A stretch of DNA of 34,987 bases from Verrucomicrobiota bacterium (GCA_039027415.1 JBCCKL010000003.1:1-34987), one strand, 5' to 3'. Positions 8,930 through 18,695 are shown, numbered from the stretch's first letter. Numbers and translations: made by a program. The notes: generated by a model from the sequence alone, not told the origin.

Positions 8930-9484
8930 ATGAAACACATGAAACCCGTAGCCAGTCTTTTCTTAGCCCTTTTCACTATAGTGGTGGTGCACAGCCTGCC
9001 CGCCGAAGTCACGCGTGGAGATCTGCTCCTGATCGATGAACAATTTGGTGAAGTGCACAACCAGATTTACGAAATTCAGATGAAAGCCAACGAGACCAAA
9101 GCGGTCAAGAAGGCTCAGGCTAAATTCGAAGAAACCATGAACAAGGCCATGCTGAAACTGGATCCCGACATCAAGGACGACCTCGAACAGAGTAATAAAC
9201 TGCTCGAAAAACTGCGTGAGCACCCTCAGATCGACAATCCGCAAGCGCGTGAAATGAATCTGGAACTGAAAAAAATGCTGCTCGATTTCAAATTTCTGGA
9301 GCGAAAACTGACCCCCGCGCGCAAAGAAGCCGCCGAAGCACCGGAGTGTAAAAAGGAGCTGGAACGTCTGGAAGAAGTGACCATGACAGAAATGAAAAAG
9401 ATTGCTCCAAATATCCAGGAACTCATGGACAAGAAAGAGGAGCTGGCCACCCGCTACAAAGAACTGAAGAAGCAGGTCAACTAA
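8930..9484 (+). CDS. Secreted all-helical protein with an internal 81-aa duplication
   Basis: Signal peptide MKPVASLFLALFTIVVVHSLPA; K/E-rich helical mature part. Start at 8930 or 8939. Confidence 0.8.
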   Translation: MKHMKPVASLFLALFTIVVVHSLPAEVTRGDLLLIDEQFGEVHNQIYEIQMKANETKAVKKAQAKFEETMNKAMLKLDPDIKDDLEQSNKLLEKLREHPQIDNPQAREMNLELKKMLLDFKFLERKLTPARKEAAEAPECKKELERLEEVTMTEMKKIAPNIQELMDKKEELATRYKELKKQVN

Positions 9485-9502
9485 ACTTCAGGGTTCGTAT
9501 CG

Positions 9503-10045
9503 ATGATACGTCAGCTCCGAGATGGCAGATTGCTCATCACGAGCCCCAAGCCGATCCAGTTTCCACGGATCTGCATCAACTGCGGCAAACCGACACGACA
9601 TACCTATCATCTGGCGCCGTCCAAAAATGACACACGAGTATCACGCCAAAATAGTGCGGGCATTCTGGTCAGCCTCCTAGTCCCGGGCTTGGGGATTTTG
9701 ATGAATGCGCAAGACAGTTCTTTGCGACTCAGGATACCCATCTGTATTCGGTGCCAGATTCTGGATTTAGTACCGGGCAAAGTTGGAGCGATCATTACTG
9801 TGCTGTTTCTCCTAAATATGCTATTACTGTTCTACCACCTGATACAGGCAAGTGGAATGACTACGATCCTGCATATGGCACTTTTCCCGGTGTTTTTAAT
9901 TTTGATGATATGTCTATGGCGATTCCGTAAAAAACCAATGATCCCCATCGATTTTTATTACGATGCTGCTCAATATCATTACATTATTCAGGGCGGTTCT
10001 CTGCTGGAATACTACAAAAATCAACAGTCTGAGCTATCAGAGTAA
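9503..10045 (+). CDS. Membrane protein with two CxxC motifs (putative zinc site)
   Basis: CINC and CIRC motifs, plus 2-3 hydrophobic segments. Confidence 0.7.
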   Translation: MIRQLRDGRLLITSPKPIQFPRICINCGKPTRHTYHLAPSKNDTRVSRQNSAGILVSLLVPGLGILMNAQDSSLRLRIPICIRCQILDLVPGKVGAIITVLFLLNMLLLFYHLIQASGMTTILHMALFPVFLILMICLWRFRKKPMIPIDFYYDAAQYHYIIQGGSLLEYYKNQQSELSE

Positions 10046-10053
10046 TTACTAGC

Positions 10054-10082
10054 TTGCAGACTGAAAAAAATCCAGTCTGCGA
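10054..10082. terminator. Hairpin between convergent genes; possible bidirectional terminator
   Basis: GCAGACTG (10056-10063) / CAGTCTGC (10073-10080) form a perfect 8-bp stem; no clear U-tract. Confidence 0.4.
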
Positions 10083-10146
10083 TACCATTACTCCTGCCGG
10101 TCTTCGGTTAACTTCAACAAATCGGCAATCCGTCGATATACCTTCA

Positions 10147-10758
10147 TTAAAATTCCTCTGCGTTACACTTTTCGAGCGATTTTTCTTCCTCCTTAAGATA
10201 TTTGAATAATGAACCGCTCGGTGCAAATAATAGCACGAAGCTAAATAAGGTTCCTACAAAAGGAATCCAAAGCAGAAAGCAAAACCACCACCTTACACCC
10301 ATGTCCAATATTCTAGGAATGACAGCAAAATACCAGACCAGGCCTATCACAATGACATAGGAGGTTACTATGGTGATTAACTCAGTATGAGAATATATTG
10401 GATCACCAGACAGACCTGCTGCATAATGATCCATCGTTTTCCGGTATGAATAATAAGTAACATAGGCCACGTAAGGAAACTTCAAGAACGCAAGTCTGCG
10501 AAAATATGACCACCTTCTAATAGGAGAAGGCAACCACTTAGGGATCGTACCGACACCAACTGAGTTCTCGAGCCATGTAAGTGACCTGTCAGCTTCTTTA
10601 TCTGTAAACCAATCCATCTGAGAAGCCAGCACCCAGTTTTCCATTCCCTCCTGAAACACATGAGTTGATACCGTAATCTCACCTTGCTCAATAAGTGAGG
10701 GAATATCAGCATCCTCTATCGGACCGAGTTGAACCTCATCTTTTAAATAATACCACAT
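10147..10758 (-). CDS. GYF_2 (DUF4339) domain protein with a DUF805-like membrane C-terminus
   Basis: MWYYLKDEVQLGPI...GEITVSTHVFQEGMENWV is a GYF_2 pattern; PRILDMGVRWWFCFLLWIPFVG...LLFAPS is a DUF805-like pattern. Confidence 0.85.
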   Translation of the reverse strand: MWYYLKDEVQLGPIEDADIPSLIEQGEITVSTHVFQEGMENWVLASQMDWFTDKEADRSLTWLENSVGVGTIPKWLPSPIRRWSYFRRLAFLKFPYVAYVTYYSYRKTMDHYAAGLSGDPIYSHTELITIVTSYVIVIGLVWYFAVIPRILDMGVRWWFCFLLWIPFVGTLFSFVLLFAPSGSLFKYLKEEEKSLEKCNAEEF

Positions 10759-11115
10759 CTACCAAATGGCCGAAGACTGAGTTAAGTCGCTATTTTCTAC
10801 CACTGATGTTCTCGAGCAGCGCGAGACACCCAGACATGCGGATCAAAATAACCGGATAATTCCTGATCATACTTGTATGCAAAGATGCAAGATAAGTATT
10901 TCTCTAAAGATCGATTATGACCACTTGTTGCATAAAACTTTAGCCACGCAAATGGAATATCAATTTTCACAGGATTATCCTAAAGCTACTTTAACAAATA
11001 TGTCTAGTTTCCCCTGTAAATAAGTGAGGCTTCGTCCTAGCTCTTTTTGCAAACACCACTTTCTGCTTCTGAAGACCGAGATAGCAATCTTACATGTAAA
11101 ATTTACTTATTATTA

Positions 11116-11164
11116 TGGAAAGTATGCTTTACATTTATAAGAATTTTGTAAAGTATGCTTGTCA
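11116..11164. promoter_or_regulatory. Tandem 18-bp palindromic operators, probably for the XRE regulator
   Basis: TGGAAAG-TATG-CTTTACA (11116-11133) and TGTAAAG-TATG-CTTGTCA (11147-11164), directly before ATG 11166. Confidence 0.7.
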
Positions 11165-11165
11165 T

Positions 11166-11780
11166 ATGAAAAATACCGAACCTACTCCTCCCCATCGTTT
11201 CCCGAAGCTCACGTTGGTAGCAGCCGTTTCGTCCATTGTTTCTGCTATGGGGATTCTGATCCTCAATCACTCAGATGCGATTAATGATACGACCACCTAT
11301 ATTCTGATGAGCATCTCTATTGGATTAATGATCCTCTCGATGGTCGTCGCCTGGTCTAGCAAACTGCAAAAATGTCTAGCAGCCCACCGCTACCTGATGC
11401 GTATTGCTGCTCTGATGTCCTTCTATATGGTCACCCTGCTGGCCACTGAATTCTGGGTTGAAGATTCAGGACTGAGCGGCTGGCCTGCCTTTGTGATCAC
11501 AGCTCTACCCGGTCTCAGTTTCGCCGGCATCTTCTGGGTCTTCTGCATGCTTATCCTGGAGGAACAGGACGAATTTATACGACTGCTCTATGTCAGACAG
11601 GGACTGATCGGAACAGGCATTGCACTGACGTTGGCTGCTGTCTGGGGCTTTCTCGAAAACTACGGTCTGGTTCAGCATGTGGCAGCCTTCTGGTGGCCGG
11701 TGCTGTGGTGTTTCGGGATCGGGATCGGTGCGCTCATGAACCAGTTAAAGTATGGTATTAAACATGGGGGAACCACGTGA
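11166..11780 (+). CDS. Six-TM membrane protein, translationally coupled to the XRE regulator
   Basis: Hydrophobic helices and an EQDEFIR...Q motif; its stop overlaps the next start (GTGA, 11777-11780). Likely start 11166. Confidence 0.8.
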   Translation: MKNTEPTPPHRFPKLTLVAAVSSIVSAMGILILNHSDAINDTTTYILMSISIGLMILSMVVAWSSKLQKCLAAHRYLMRIAALMSFYMVTLLATEFWVEDSGLSGWPAFVITALPGLSFAGIFWVFCMLILEEQDEFIRLLYVRQGLIGTGIALTLAAVWGFLENYGLVQHVAAFWWPVLWCFGIGIGALMNQLKYGIKHGGTT

Positions 11781-11968
11781 AAAACCGCCTCAAAGTTCTA
11801 CGTGCTGAGCGCAACTGGAGCCAGCAGGAACTGGAAGAACGCCTTAACGTCAGTCGACAGAGCGTCAATGCTATCGAAACCGGGCGCTATGATCCCTCCC
11901 TGCCTTTGGCTTTCCGCATCGCTAATGTGTTCGAGCTCAGAATAGAAGAGATCTTTAAGGCGGAATAG
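11777..11968 (+). CDS. XRE/Cro-CI family HTH transcriptional regulator (COG1476-like)
   Basis: MKNRLKVLRAERNWSQQELEERLNVSRQSVNAIETGRYDPSLPLAFRIA. Confidence 0.95.
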   Translation: MKNRLKVLRAERNWSQQELEERLNVSRQSVNAIETGRYDPSLPLAFRIANVFELRIEEIFKAE

Positions 11969-12102
11969 TCCTGCATCTTTTGCCTATGACTAGTGCATAG
12001 TCTTCATGACTCGCCGAAATTCTCTGCTGCCAGTAAATTCACGTTGCACTATTTTTACAGCGATTTGCTCGCCAATTGTGATCCATGTGACACACTGAGT
12101 AT

Positions 12103-12582
12103 ATGAAATTTCTGACTTTGGGTTTATTGGTATGGGGATTCAGTTCATATATTCCCGCTTCCAGCTACGCACAATCTCAAGAAGTGAAGTCGGCACAGGC
12201 TGCATACGTTAAGTTTGTCGGAGTAGCTCGATCCGCCCGCAGCATGAAAACTCTACTGCCCTACCTTTCTGCCAGTGAGGTCTCCCGATACGAACAAAGC
12301 ATGAGCTGGGTCAGCTCCACCTCTGAGAAAACCGCCAAATCCAAAAAGAAACTCGCACGCTGGAAAGATATTTCAAACCGCTATGTTCGCGTCATCAAGG
12401 GTGTTAAAAACAAAAAAGGCGTTATACTGACCCTAAACGTCCAGAAGATGAACAAAAGCGGTCGCTATGCCGCCCCCAAGTCAGGCGTTAAATACGATGA
12501 AGCCACCATTCAGTTGGTCATGGAAAAAGGCCGCTGGAAAATAGATAAATACAACGACACCGTCCAATACACCAGACTCTGA
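12103..12582 (+). CDS. Secreted Lys-rich protein, possible NTF2-like (DUF4878-type) fold
   Basis: Signal peptide (…SSYA/Q); C-terminal LVMEKGRWKID motif. Confidence 0.7.
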   Translation: MKFLTLGLLVWGFSSYIPASSYAQSQEVKSAQAAYVKFVGVARSARSMKTLLPYLSASEVSRYEQSMSWVSSTSEKTAKSKKKLARWKDISNRYVRVIKGVKNKKGVILTLNVQKMNKSGRYAAPKSGVKYDEATIQLVMEKGRWKIDKYNDTVQYTRL

Positions 12583-12634
12583 AGTCAGCTGAATTATTTC
12601 TCTTTTCTGCTAAAATAATTAAGCATGGTTCTAT

Positions 12635-13663
12635 ATGAATCGCCGGGATTTCCTACAACTACTGGGCGCTACTACGGTCTCCACGACGCTGTTCCAATGC
12701 AGCTCCGAATCCACTGATCGTTGGGGCCGTCTGCTGCCGCAGCGCGTGCTCGGGGGCACCGGCGAATCTGTCACTTGTCTCGGACTGGGCGGCTACCACA
12801 TCGGCTGGACCACCGAAGTATTGGCGCAGGCCACTATTGAAGCGGCTTTAGAGGAAGGCGTCCGGTTCTTTGATACCGCCGAGTCCTATGGACCTCACAC
12901 CAGCGAAATCCGCTACGGTAAATACCTGACACCCGCTTACCGTAATGAAATTTTCCTCATGACCAAGTCGCAGGCCAAGACCGGTGAGGAGGCGCGCCGA
13001 CATATCGAAGCTTCACTGGACCGACTAAAAACAGATCGGATCGACCTGTGGCAACTGCACTCGATCAAAGATCCAGCAGATGTGGAAGCACGGCTGCAAA
13101 GCGGTGTGATGGAAACCGCGCTTCAGGCACAGTCAGAAGGATTAATCCGCCATATCGGTTTTACCGGACACTCCAATCCCTATGCGCATACCCGCATGCT
13201 GGAACTTACAAGAGATCCGGATGGAACGTCTCCCTTTGCTGCCTGCCTGCTACCCATTAATCCTGTCGATGTCTCTGCCCGAGCCAGTTTTATCCAGCAA
13301 GTCATATCGCCTGCTCAGAAATCAGGAGTGGCTATCCTTGCTATGAAAACACTGGCAGACGGTCGCTTCTTTGCCGCCAAACATCTGAAAGAAAAACAAA
13401 TCTGGCAGACCGATGATCCCATGGTGCCGGATCAAATCTCTATCGAAACCTGTATTCAGTTTGCGCTTTCACTACCTTGCAGTGTGCTGATTACCGGCGC
13501 TGAAAAGCCGGAATACCTGCGGGAAAAAGCGCAATGTGCGCGCGGCTTCCAATCATTGGACGTCACTGAACGCCAGCGCGTCATCGAGTCTGTGGCACGT
13601 TTTGCTCAAGCTGCGGAAGTGGAATACTACAAAAAAGCTGAACTCCGCAGCCGAATGGGGTAA
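12635..13663 (+). CDS. Tat-signal aldo/keto reductase
   Basis: MNRRDFLQ twin-arginine signal; LGLGG, FDTAESYG, MTKS, DLWQLH, GLIRHIGFTGH and AMKTLA motifs. Confidence 0.93.
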   Translation: MNRRDFLQLLGATTVSTTLFQCSSESTDRWGRLLPQRVLGGTGESVTCLGLGGYHIGWTTEVLAQATIEAALEEGVRFFDTAESYGPHTSEIRYGKYLTPAYRNEIFLMTKSQAKTGEEARRHIEASLDRLKTDRIDLWQLHSIKDPADVEARLQSGVMETALQAQSEGLIRHIGFTGHSNPYAHTRMLELTRDPDGTSPFAACLLPINPVDVSARASFIQQVISPAQKSGVAILAMKTLADGRFFAAKHLKEKQIWQTDDPMVPDQISIETCIQFALSLPCSVLITGAEKPEYLREKAQCARGFQSLDVTERQRVIESVARFAQAAEVEYYKKAELRSRMG

Positions 13664-13675
13664 TTGGTAAATACT

Positions 13676-14122
13676 TTAGGCTTCCCGAATCCGGCGCTCG
13701 ATCCCGTCTAAGGGGTCATCTCCCATCAACTTGCCAAACCGACCGATGTAGCCGATCAGTATTCGCACCCACCAGGGGAGTCCGGAACGACTGAAATCCA
13801 CCTCGTGTACCAAGCGAGTCACAGCAGGTCCTAGCTGCTGGAGCAGGAAGGACTCTTCAACCGTGCCAGAAAACTCATCTTGATAGATATACCGATAAGT
13901 CACCTTTTCTGTGACTCGCCAGACCACAACCTTACCGGATGCCTCTTTCTCCTTGTGATTCATCTGAAATAAAACCTCGAAGCTACGTGTTTCCGGCGCC
14001 CCGGATGCTGCTGCCACCAACACACATTTAGGATTCCAGGCCGGCATCTGCTCCGGATCACTCACGACCCGCCAGACTTCAGCAATCGACAAAGGTATCG
14101 TTTTCCGAGCAATGATTTTCAT
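13676..14122 (-). CDS. SRPBCC (polyketide cyclase/START-like) family protein
   Basis: TIPLSIAEVWRVVSDPEQMPAWNP N-terminal signature; 148 aa. Confidence 0.85.
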   Translation of the reverse strand: MKIIARKTIPLSIAEVWRVVSDPEQMPAWNPKCVLVAAASGAPETRSFEVLFQMNHKEKEASGKVVVWRVTEKVTYRYIYQDEFSGTVEESFLLQQLGPAVTRLVHEVDFSRSGLPWWVRILIGYIGRFGKLMGDDPLDGIERRIREA

Positions 14123-14128
14123 CGCGCC

Positions 14129-15835
14129 TCACTTGCCTCGTTTCCATTTACGATAATAGACCCCTACTGCGCCTGGAATGAAAACAGCTATCACTGCCAG
14201 CACCAGAAAGAACACCGCGCTAGCCAGCCGATTAGCGCGATGGTTGGAATACACATCACGAGCAAATTCCAGCTTCATTTCAGCGGTCTTGCGAAAGGTT
14301 TGTAATTCCTGCTTCATCAGCGAATCCATCTCTTGCCCCATCAAATCAGAAAGACGGTTTTGTGCGCCCTGCATAATATCAATGGCTGACTGAACTTGCT
14401 CGATATCAGTATTACCAATAGAACCCATAGAAACATGCGGCAGGAGACCGCTACCCGCATCTCCCGGATGCTGCTCTAAATAGGCATCCAGTAATTCCTG
14501 CGCCATTTGAAATTCAGCCATGATGGACTCACGGTGACGTTGCAGACCAATCGTTCGGACTTTAGCTGCCTGCAATTCCAGAATCGTTTTCTCCTCCTCG
14601 GAAACACTCTCTGCCAGCATTTCCCGCACCAGTTTCATGGCCTTTTCCGGGTCATGCACTGCCAGTTCGTCAATCATCTCAAAGGATTGCTGGTAACGCT
14701 CACTCGTCTGGCCTGAGATCAACTGGCGCAGCTTTGCTAAATCAGAGGTATTAGCCGGCCGATCCGGATACTCTTTTACCATCTCCTGAAACTTCGGGTA
14801 AGCGCTGCGAGCATCCGCAGCGGCCAGTCGCAATAACTGCTGAATTTCACCTTCGATCACCGCCACGCGTGTCCGAACAGGTTCCAGCTTATGATTAACT
14901 AATTGCACCAGCACCACCCGCAGATCGGGATTCTCAATCGAAACCTGATATTCCTTAATCGCGCTTTTACCCATCTCGAGCGCATCCCAGTAACGTTCCA
15001 GCACGATCTTTTTCTGAATGTCAGCTATCACCTCAGCAGACTGGCGGGTTGCGGTCTCTAACCAATCCTGCTGTTGTGCCGCCTTGATGGCCAGTGCAGA
15101 CAACTCGGGGTCTGGTTGCACCGCCTGATTCCAGATATGCAACAGTGCAATGACTTCCGTATACCTCTGTTGCAGAAACTGTTGCTGTGCATAGCTCTGA
15201 ATCTCTTGCTTAAGTTTGGTTCGGGCAACTTTTGATTGGCTTTTCAGCATCCTGTGATCGGACTCCGCCCGAAACTGTTCAGTTTCGAGCTTGGCCTGGC
15301 GAAGCTGTAATTCACTCTTCAGGTTCGATGCCTTCCTTTCATTTTCAGTTAATTGCTTTCTGAGTTCTTTAACGGCTTCTTTGGCTTCCTGTTTGCGCAC
15401 TGCTGCCTGACGGTCATTGTCAGAAAACCAACGCTGACCCGAAGCCTCAGCTTCCGGAATTTTCTTTTCCAGCGAACGTTTATTCACATCCAACCAATAC
15501 AACTCTTCCTCAACCTGCTCCATATACTGTTCGGTTTCCTTTGGCATCTTATAGCTAAAGGGGCCTGGCGAACGCAGTGTTTCGGAATTATTGAGTATCT
15601 CTGTCGCAAGCCGCAGAAAATCCTTCTGATATGGCTGAACCTCCGAATATTTCTCGGTATAGTCGGACAGGCGATTGCGAATAGCCGCGGCATCTTCGTC
15701 CAAAATACTCTGCTGCATCTCCTCCCAGATCCGTGGCGTCAGACTGTCACTATCGATTGCCAGCACGACTACCGGCCAAGATAGCAGCACAATTGCCATG
15801 GCCGGACAGAATAAAGAACGTGTCGCCGTATTCAT
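14129..15835 (-). CDS. Exported coiled-coil/helical protein with a C-terminal membrane anchor
   Basis: Signal peptide, long Q/E/K/L heptad-rich region, C-terminal TM helix followed by YYRKWKRGK. Confidence 0.8.
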   Translation of the reverse strand: MNTATRSLFCPAMAIVLLSWPVVVLAIDSDSLTPRIWEEMQQSILDEDAAAIRNRLSDYTEKYSEVQPYQKDFLRLATEILNNSETLRSPGPFSYKMPKETEQYMEQVEEELYWLDVNKRSLEKKIPEAEASGQRWFSDNDRQAAVRKQEAKEAVKELRKQLTENERKASNLKSELQLRQAKLETEQFRAESDHRMLKSQSKVARTKLKQEIQSYAQQQFLQQRYTEVIALLHIWNQAVQPDPELSALAIKAAQQQDWLETATRQSAEVIADIQKKIVLERYWDALEMGKSAIKEYQVSIENPDLRVVLVQLVNHKLEPVRTRVAVIEGEIQQLLRLAAADARSAYPKFQEMVKEYPDRPANTSDLAKLRQLISGQTSERYQQSFEMIDELAVHDPEKAMKLVREMLAESVSEEEKTILELQAAKVRTIGLQRHRESIMAEFQMAQELLDAYLEQHPGDAGSGLLPHVSMGSIGNTDIEQVQSAIDIMQGAQNRLSDLMGQEMDSLMKQELQTFRKTAEMKLEFARDVYSNHRANRLASAVFFLVLAVIAVFIPGAVGVYYRKWKRGK

Positions 15836-17448
15836 GGCTGCTCTTCCCCAGCCTCTACCACAAGTTCCTCATCTTCAGGATATCCAAAGATCCATACCCG
15901 AGGTTTTTTCCACCAGGGCAGCTGCTGCCACCGATAGGTCTCCGAGAGCGATTGAAATATATTCTGCAGCATCGCTACTTCCTGATCTTCAGCGATCTCG
16001 GCGTTACGAGATCGTAGAACAGCCGCCTGCATATCTTGCAACATTTCCTGATTGATCTCACGTTGAAGTTCGAGCGCAATGATCGAACGGATGAAAACCA
16101 ACTCCATGACCAGATCACTTTCGGCAAAGTCCGACCGCAAATAGTCTAATGCTCGAACAGCTTCCGGGTAGGATTCACTCCACTGTTCCCGTTCATAATA
16201 GATACTGGCCTGAACTGCCGGAATAATTCCCCGCTGTTCATCGGTAGGATTTGTAAACTCCTGCAACATCTCTGCTGCCTGATCGAGTATTTCCTGTGCA
16301 GAGTCCAGCTCGCCTCTTTTTATCTGCACATAAGCCATAAATGCCATAGCTTCAAATCGAACCTCATCAAATGCAGCATCAGAATTATCCGCAAATTCAA
16401 TTACCTTGGTGTAGCCCTGGTACGCCTCTTCCCATTTTTCGATTCGATCCGCAGCATAGGCATGCTGAATCAGCAACCCTAACAGATCGGCATGTGCCTC
16501 ACCTTCCAACTCACTCCAGCTCTCCAGATGTTGCTCCAACACTTCGCCAATAAACAAATAAGCCGAACGGGGTGCTCCAGACTTAAAGTAAGCATCTGCC
16601 AGATCATTAGTCGTATTAATCAATACCCGGGGACTACCATCGCCCCGCGTATTGAATTCTTTAAAAAAGATGCGGAACCATTGGGCGGCTTCCTCGGGGC
16701 GTTGCGCTAGCACTAGATTAATCGCACGATACTGCAGACTGGAAAGCGGACTCCTGCTAAAATCATTTTCACTTCCCTCCTGCCTGATAATCGCTTTTTC
16801 AAAATATCCATCAGCACGCTCAAACTCACGCTGCTGCATCAGGATCCGACCAATGGTAACACAGGAATTTGCATACCGTTCATGATGAATTCCCAAAGCC
16901 TTTCGGTAATGTTCCAACCCACTCAGTGCAATCTTAAGGGCTTTATCATTTTCCTGATCCTCCAACGCAAATGATGCCAGCCAATTACTAATCCTTCCGA
17001 TTTCGATTGAGGCCTGCTTCGATTTAACTTTATTCCAATAATCCAGAGCTGTCTGATAGGAGCGGATAGACCATTCCCGATCTCCAGCCAAAAGTGCCCA
17101 GTAGGCCAATGAGCTGTATTCCTCCCCAAACCAGGCATGTCCGCTGGATGAACTGATAGGGATGGGTTTCAAGCCTTTCTGCTGATAGGCAGCAGCCTGC
17201 TTCCAGTTATCCAAGTGGCTATAGATGGCTGCCATATCCAAATATAAATAATACACCTCTTCAGAATTTTTACCGTACTGCTGTTCTGCACGGTTGAGTG
17301 CCTTACGTGCCCACTGAAGCGCTTCGGAATATTGACCGACTTCATAGGAACTGATCATGTGATATCGCAGTTGCCCATAATTGGCTGCCCGCCCCTCCTG
17401 TCCGAGCAGCGCGCAGCAAAGATAAATGATGAACAGATAGCGTAGCAC
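15832..17448 (-). CDS. Secreted tetratricopeptide repeat protein
   Basis: Signal peptide; TPR-like units such as GQYSEALQWARKAL, DNWKQAAAYQQKGL and REFERADGYFEKAI; 4-nt overlap with the next gene. Confidence 0.85.
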   Translation of the reverse strand: MLRYLFIIYLCCALLGQEGRAANYGQLRYHMISSYEVGQYSEALQWARKALNRAEQQYGKNSEEVYYLYLDMAAIYSHLDNWKQAAAYQQKGLKPIPISSSSGHAWFGEEYSSLAYWALLAGDREWSIRSYQTALDYWNKVKSKQASIEIGRISNWLASFALEDQENDKALKIALSGLEHYRKALGIHHERYANSCVTIGRILMQQREFERADGYFEKAIIRQEGSENDFSRSPLSSLQYRAINLVLAQRPEEAAQWFRIFFKEFNTRGDGSPRVLINTTNDLADAYFKSGAPRSAYLFIGEVLEQHLESWSELEGEAHADLLGLLIQHAYAADRIEKWEEAYQGYTKVIEFADNSDAAFDEVRFEAMAFMAYVQIKRGELDSAQEILDQAAEMLQEFTNPTDEQRGIIPAVQASIYYEREQWSESYPEAVRALDYLRSDFAESDLVMELVFIRSIIALELQREINQEMLQDMQAAVLRSRNAEIAEDQEVAMLQNIFQSLSETYRWQQLPWWKKPRVWIFGYPEDEELVVEAGEEQP

Positions 17449-17518
17449 GCAGCAAGCGTATCCCAGCCGTAATGAGGCAAAAAGAGAAAAACCTAAATCT
17501 GGCGTTACCAGAATTTCG

Positions 17519-18199
17519 CTATTTGGAACGATACTTGGATTGCTTCTTTTTGGTAACAGTAGTCGCAGATGAGCCCGCTTTGCTGCCGGATTTTCTCTCC
17601 ATACGTGTTACCAGTCGCTCTGCCAGCATCTGTGAGAGCACGCGCAAGTCCTTTTCCAACTGGGCTGAATTGGCAACATATTCGTCATAGCTGGCACCTC
17701 GGACCGAATCTGCCGCGCTATCTATTTTGGTCATATCGTAATACATTTCATCCCCATTTGCATCTACGATACTGATCTCTCCTTCGATCACAGGTTTAAG
17801 CCGCTTAAATCCTGTCGGAGCCACCCCCACACCATATCGGGTCACATATAAATACGCTTTAGGGGTGCCGGAAGAACCTTTGTATGAAAAGACTTCACTA
17901 TTTCTCAGCGCCTGCTGAAAATCCTTAAGAAATGTTTTCGTAATGGAGAATCCCCGACCCTCTAGCAGTCGCTCGAGTTTGCGGCCTTCTTTATCGGGCT
18001 CCATTCCCGGCGCCATGCCCCATAACCCCGAAAGTACGGCATCAGTCGTCCCGAAATAGATTAAATACCCCGGCGCTTTCACCTTGGGGTGCACCACCAC
18101 ACTGGAGACTCCCTTTAATCCTCCCCTTGCTCCCATTACCGCCGGAACAGAAACTAGCACCAATAATCCAAACAAAATCAGGAAACGACTGCATTTCAT
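17519..18199 (-). CDS. Hypothetical secreted protein with a basic low-complexity tail
   Basis: N-terminal signal peptide; 226 aa; K/S-rich C-terminus. Confidence 0.7.
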   Translation of the reverse strand: MKCSRFLILFGLLVLVSVPAVMGARGGLKGVSSVVVHPKVKAPGYLIYFGTTDAVLSGLWGMAPGMEPDKEGRKLERLLEGRGFSITKTFLKDFQQALRNSEVFSYKGSSGTPKAYLYVTRYGVGVAPTGFKRLKPVIEGEISIVDANGDEMYYDMTKIDSAADSVRGASYDEYVANSAQLEKDLRVLSQMLAERLVTRMERKSGSKAGSSATTVTKKKQSKYRSK

Positions 18200-18315
18200 G
18201 AGTAAAACCTATCCATTCATGCCTGATATTCAACGCAGAATAGAATCGAATCTTCATTATAATTACAAGGCGTTCTATAATGGAGTTTTCTACTAAACCG
18301 ATTACTATAACTCCT

Positions 18316-18654
18316 ATGATTGTTGCCAACACTGCTCAAATTCAAGGATATGAAATTACAGAAAACCTCGGAATCGTGACCGGTAATGTTGTCCAGTCCA
18401 AACACGTAGGACGCGACATCATGGCAGGTCTCAAGACGCTCGTAGGAGGTGAAATAGCCGGCTATACTGAGATGCTGACTGAAGCCAGAGAGAAAGCACA
18501 GAACCGGATGATTCAGGAAGCACAAAGTAAAGGTGCCGGGGCTATCATCAATGTGCGCTACACCACCAGCGCCATCACCGATGGCATGTGCGAACTGCTG
18601 GCTTATGGCACTGCTGTTAAAATCAGCACAAACGTCCCGCCACTTCCTCAATAG
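18316..18654 (+). CDS. YbjQ / UPF0145 family protein
   Basis: GIVTGNVVQSKHVGRDIMAGLKTLVGGEIAGYTEMLTEARE...AYGTAV. Likely start MIVANT at 18316. Confidence 0.95.
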   Translation: MIVANTAQIQGYEITENLGIVTGNVVQSKHVGRDIMAGLKTLVGGEIAGYTEMLTEAREKAQNRMIQEAQSKGAGAIINVRYTTSAITDGMCELLAYGTAVKISTNVPPLPQ

Positions 18655-18695
18655 GATTTCTTTTCTAAGCGGTTCCTATCCTTTATGCTCTTTGC

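Noticed and set aside
10790-10975. Open frame of just under 60 codons on the - strand (…VKIDIPFAWLKFY…REHQW)
   Set aside because: No SD or recognisable motif; may be a gene remnant but cannot be supported.
1112-12582. Integron cassette array
   Set aside because: Genes alternate in orientation, I found no recurring attC-type ends, and there is no integrase.
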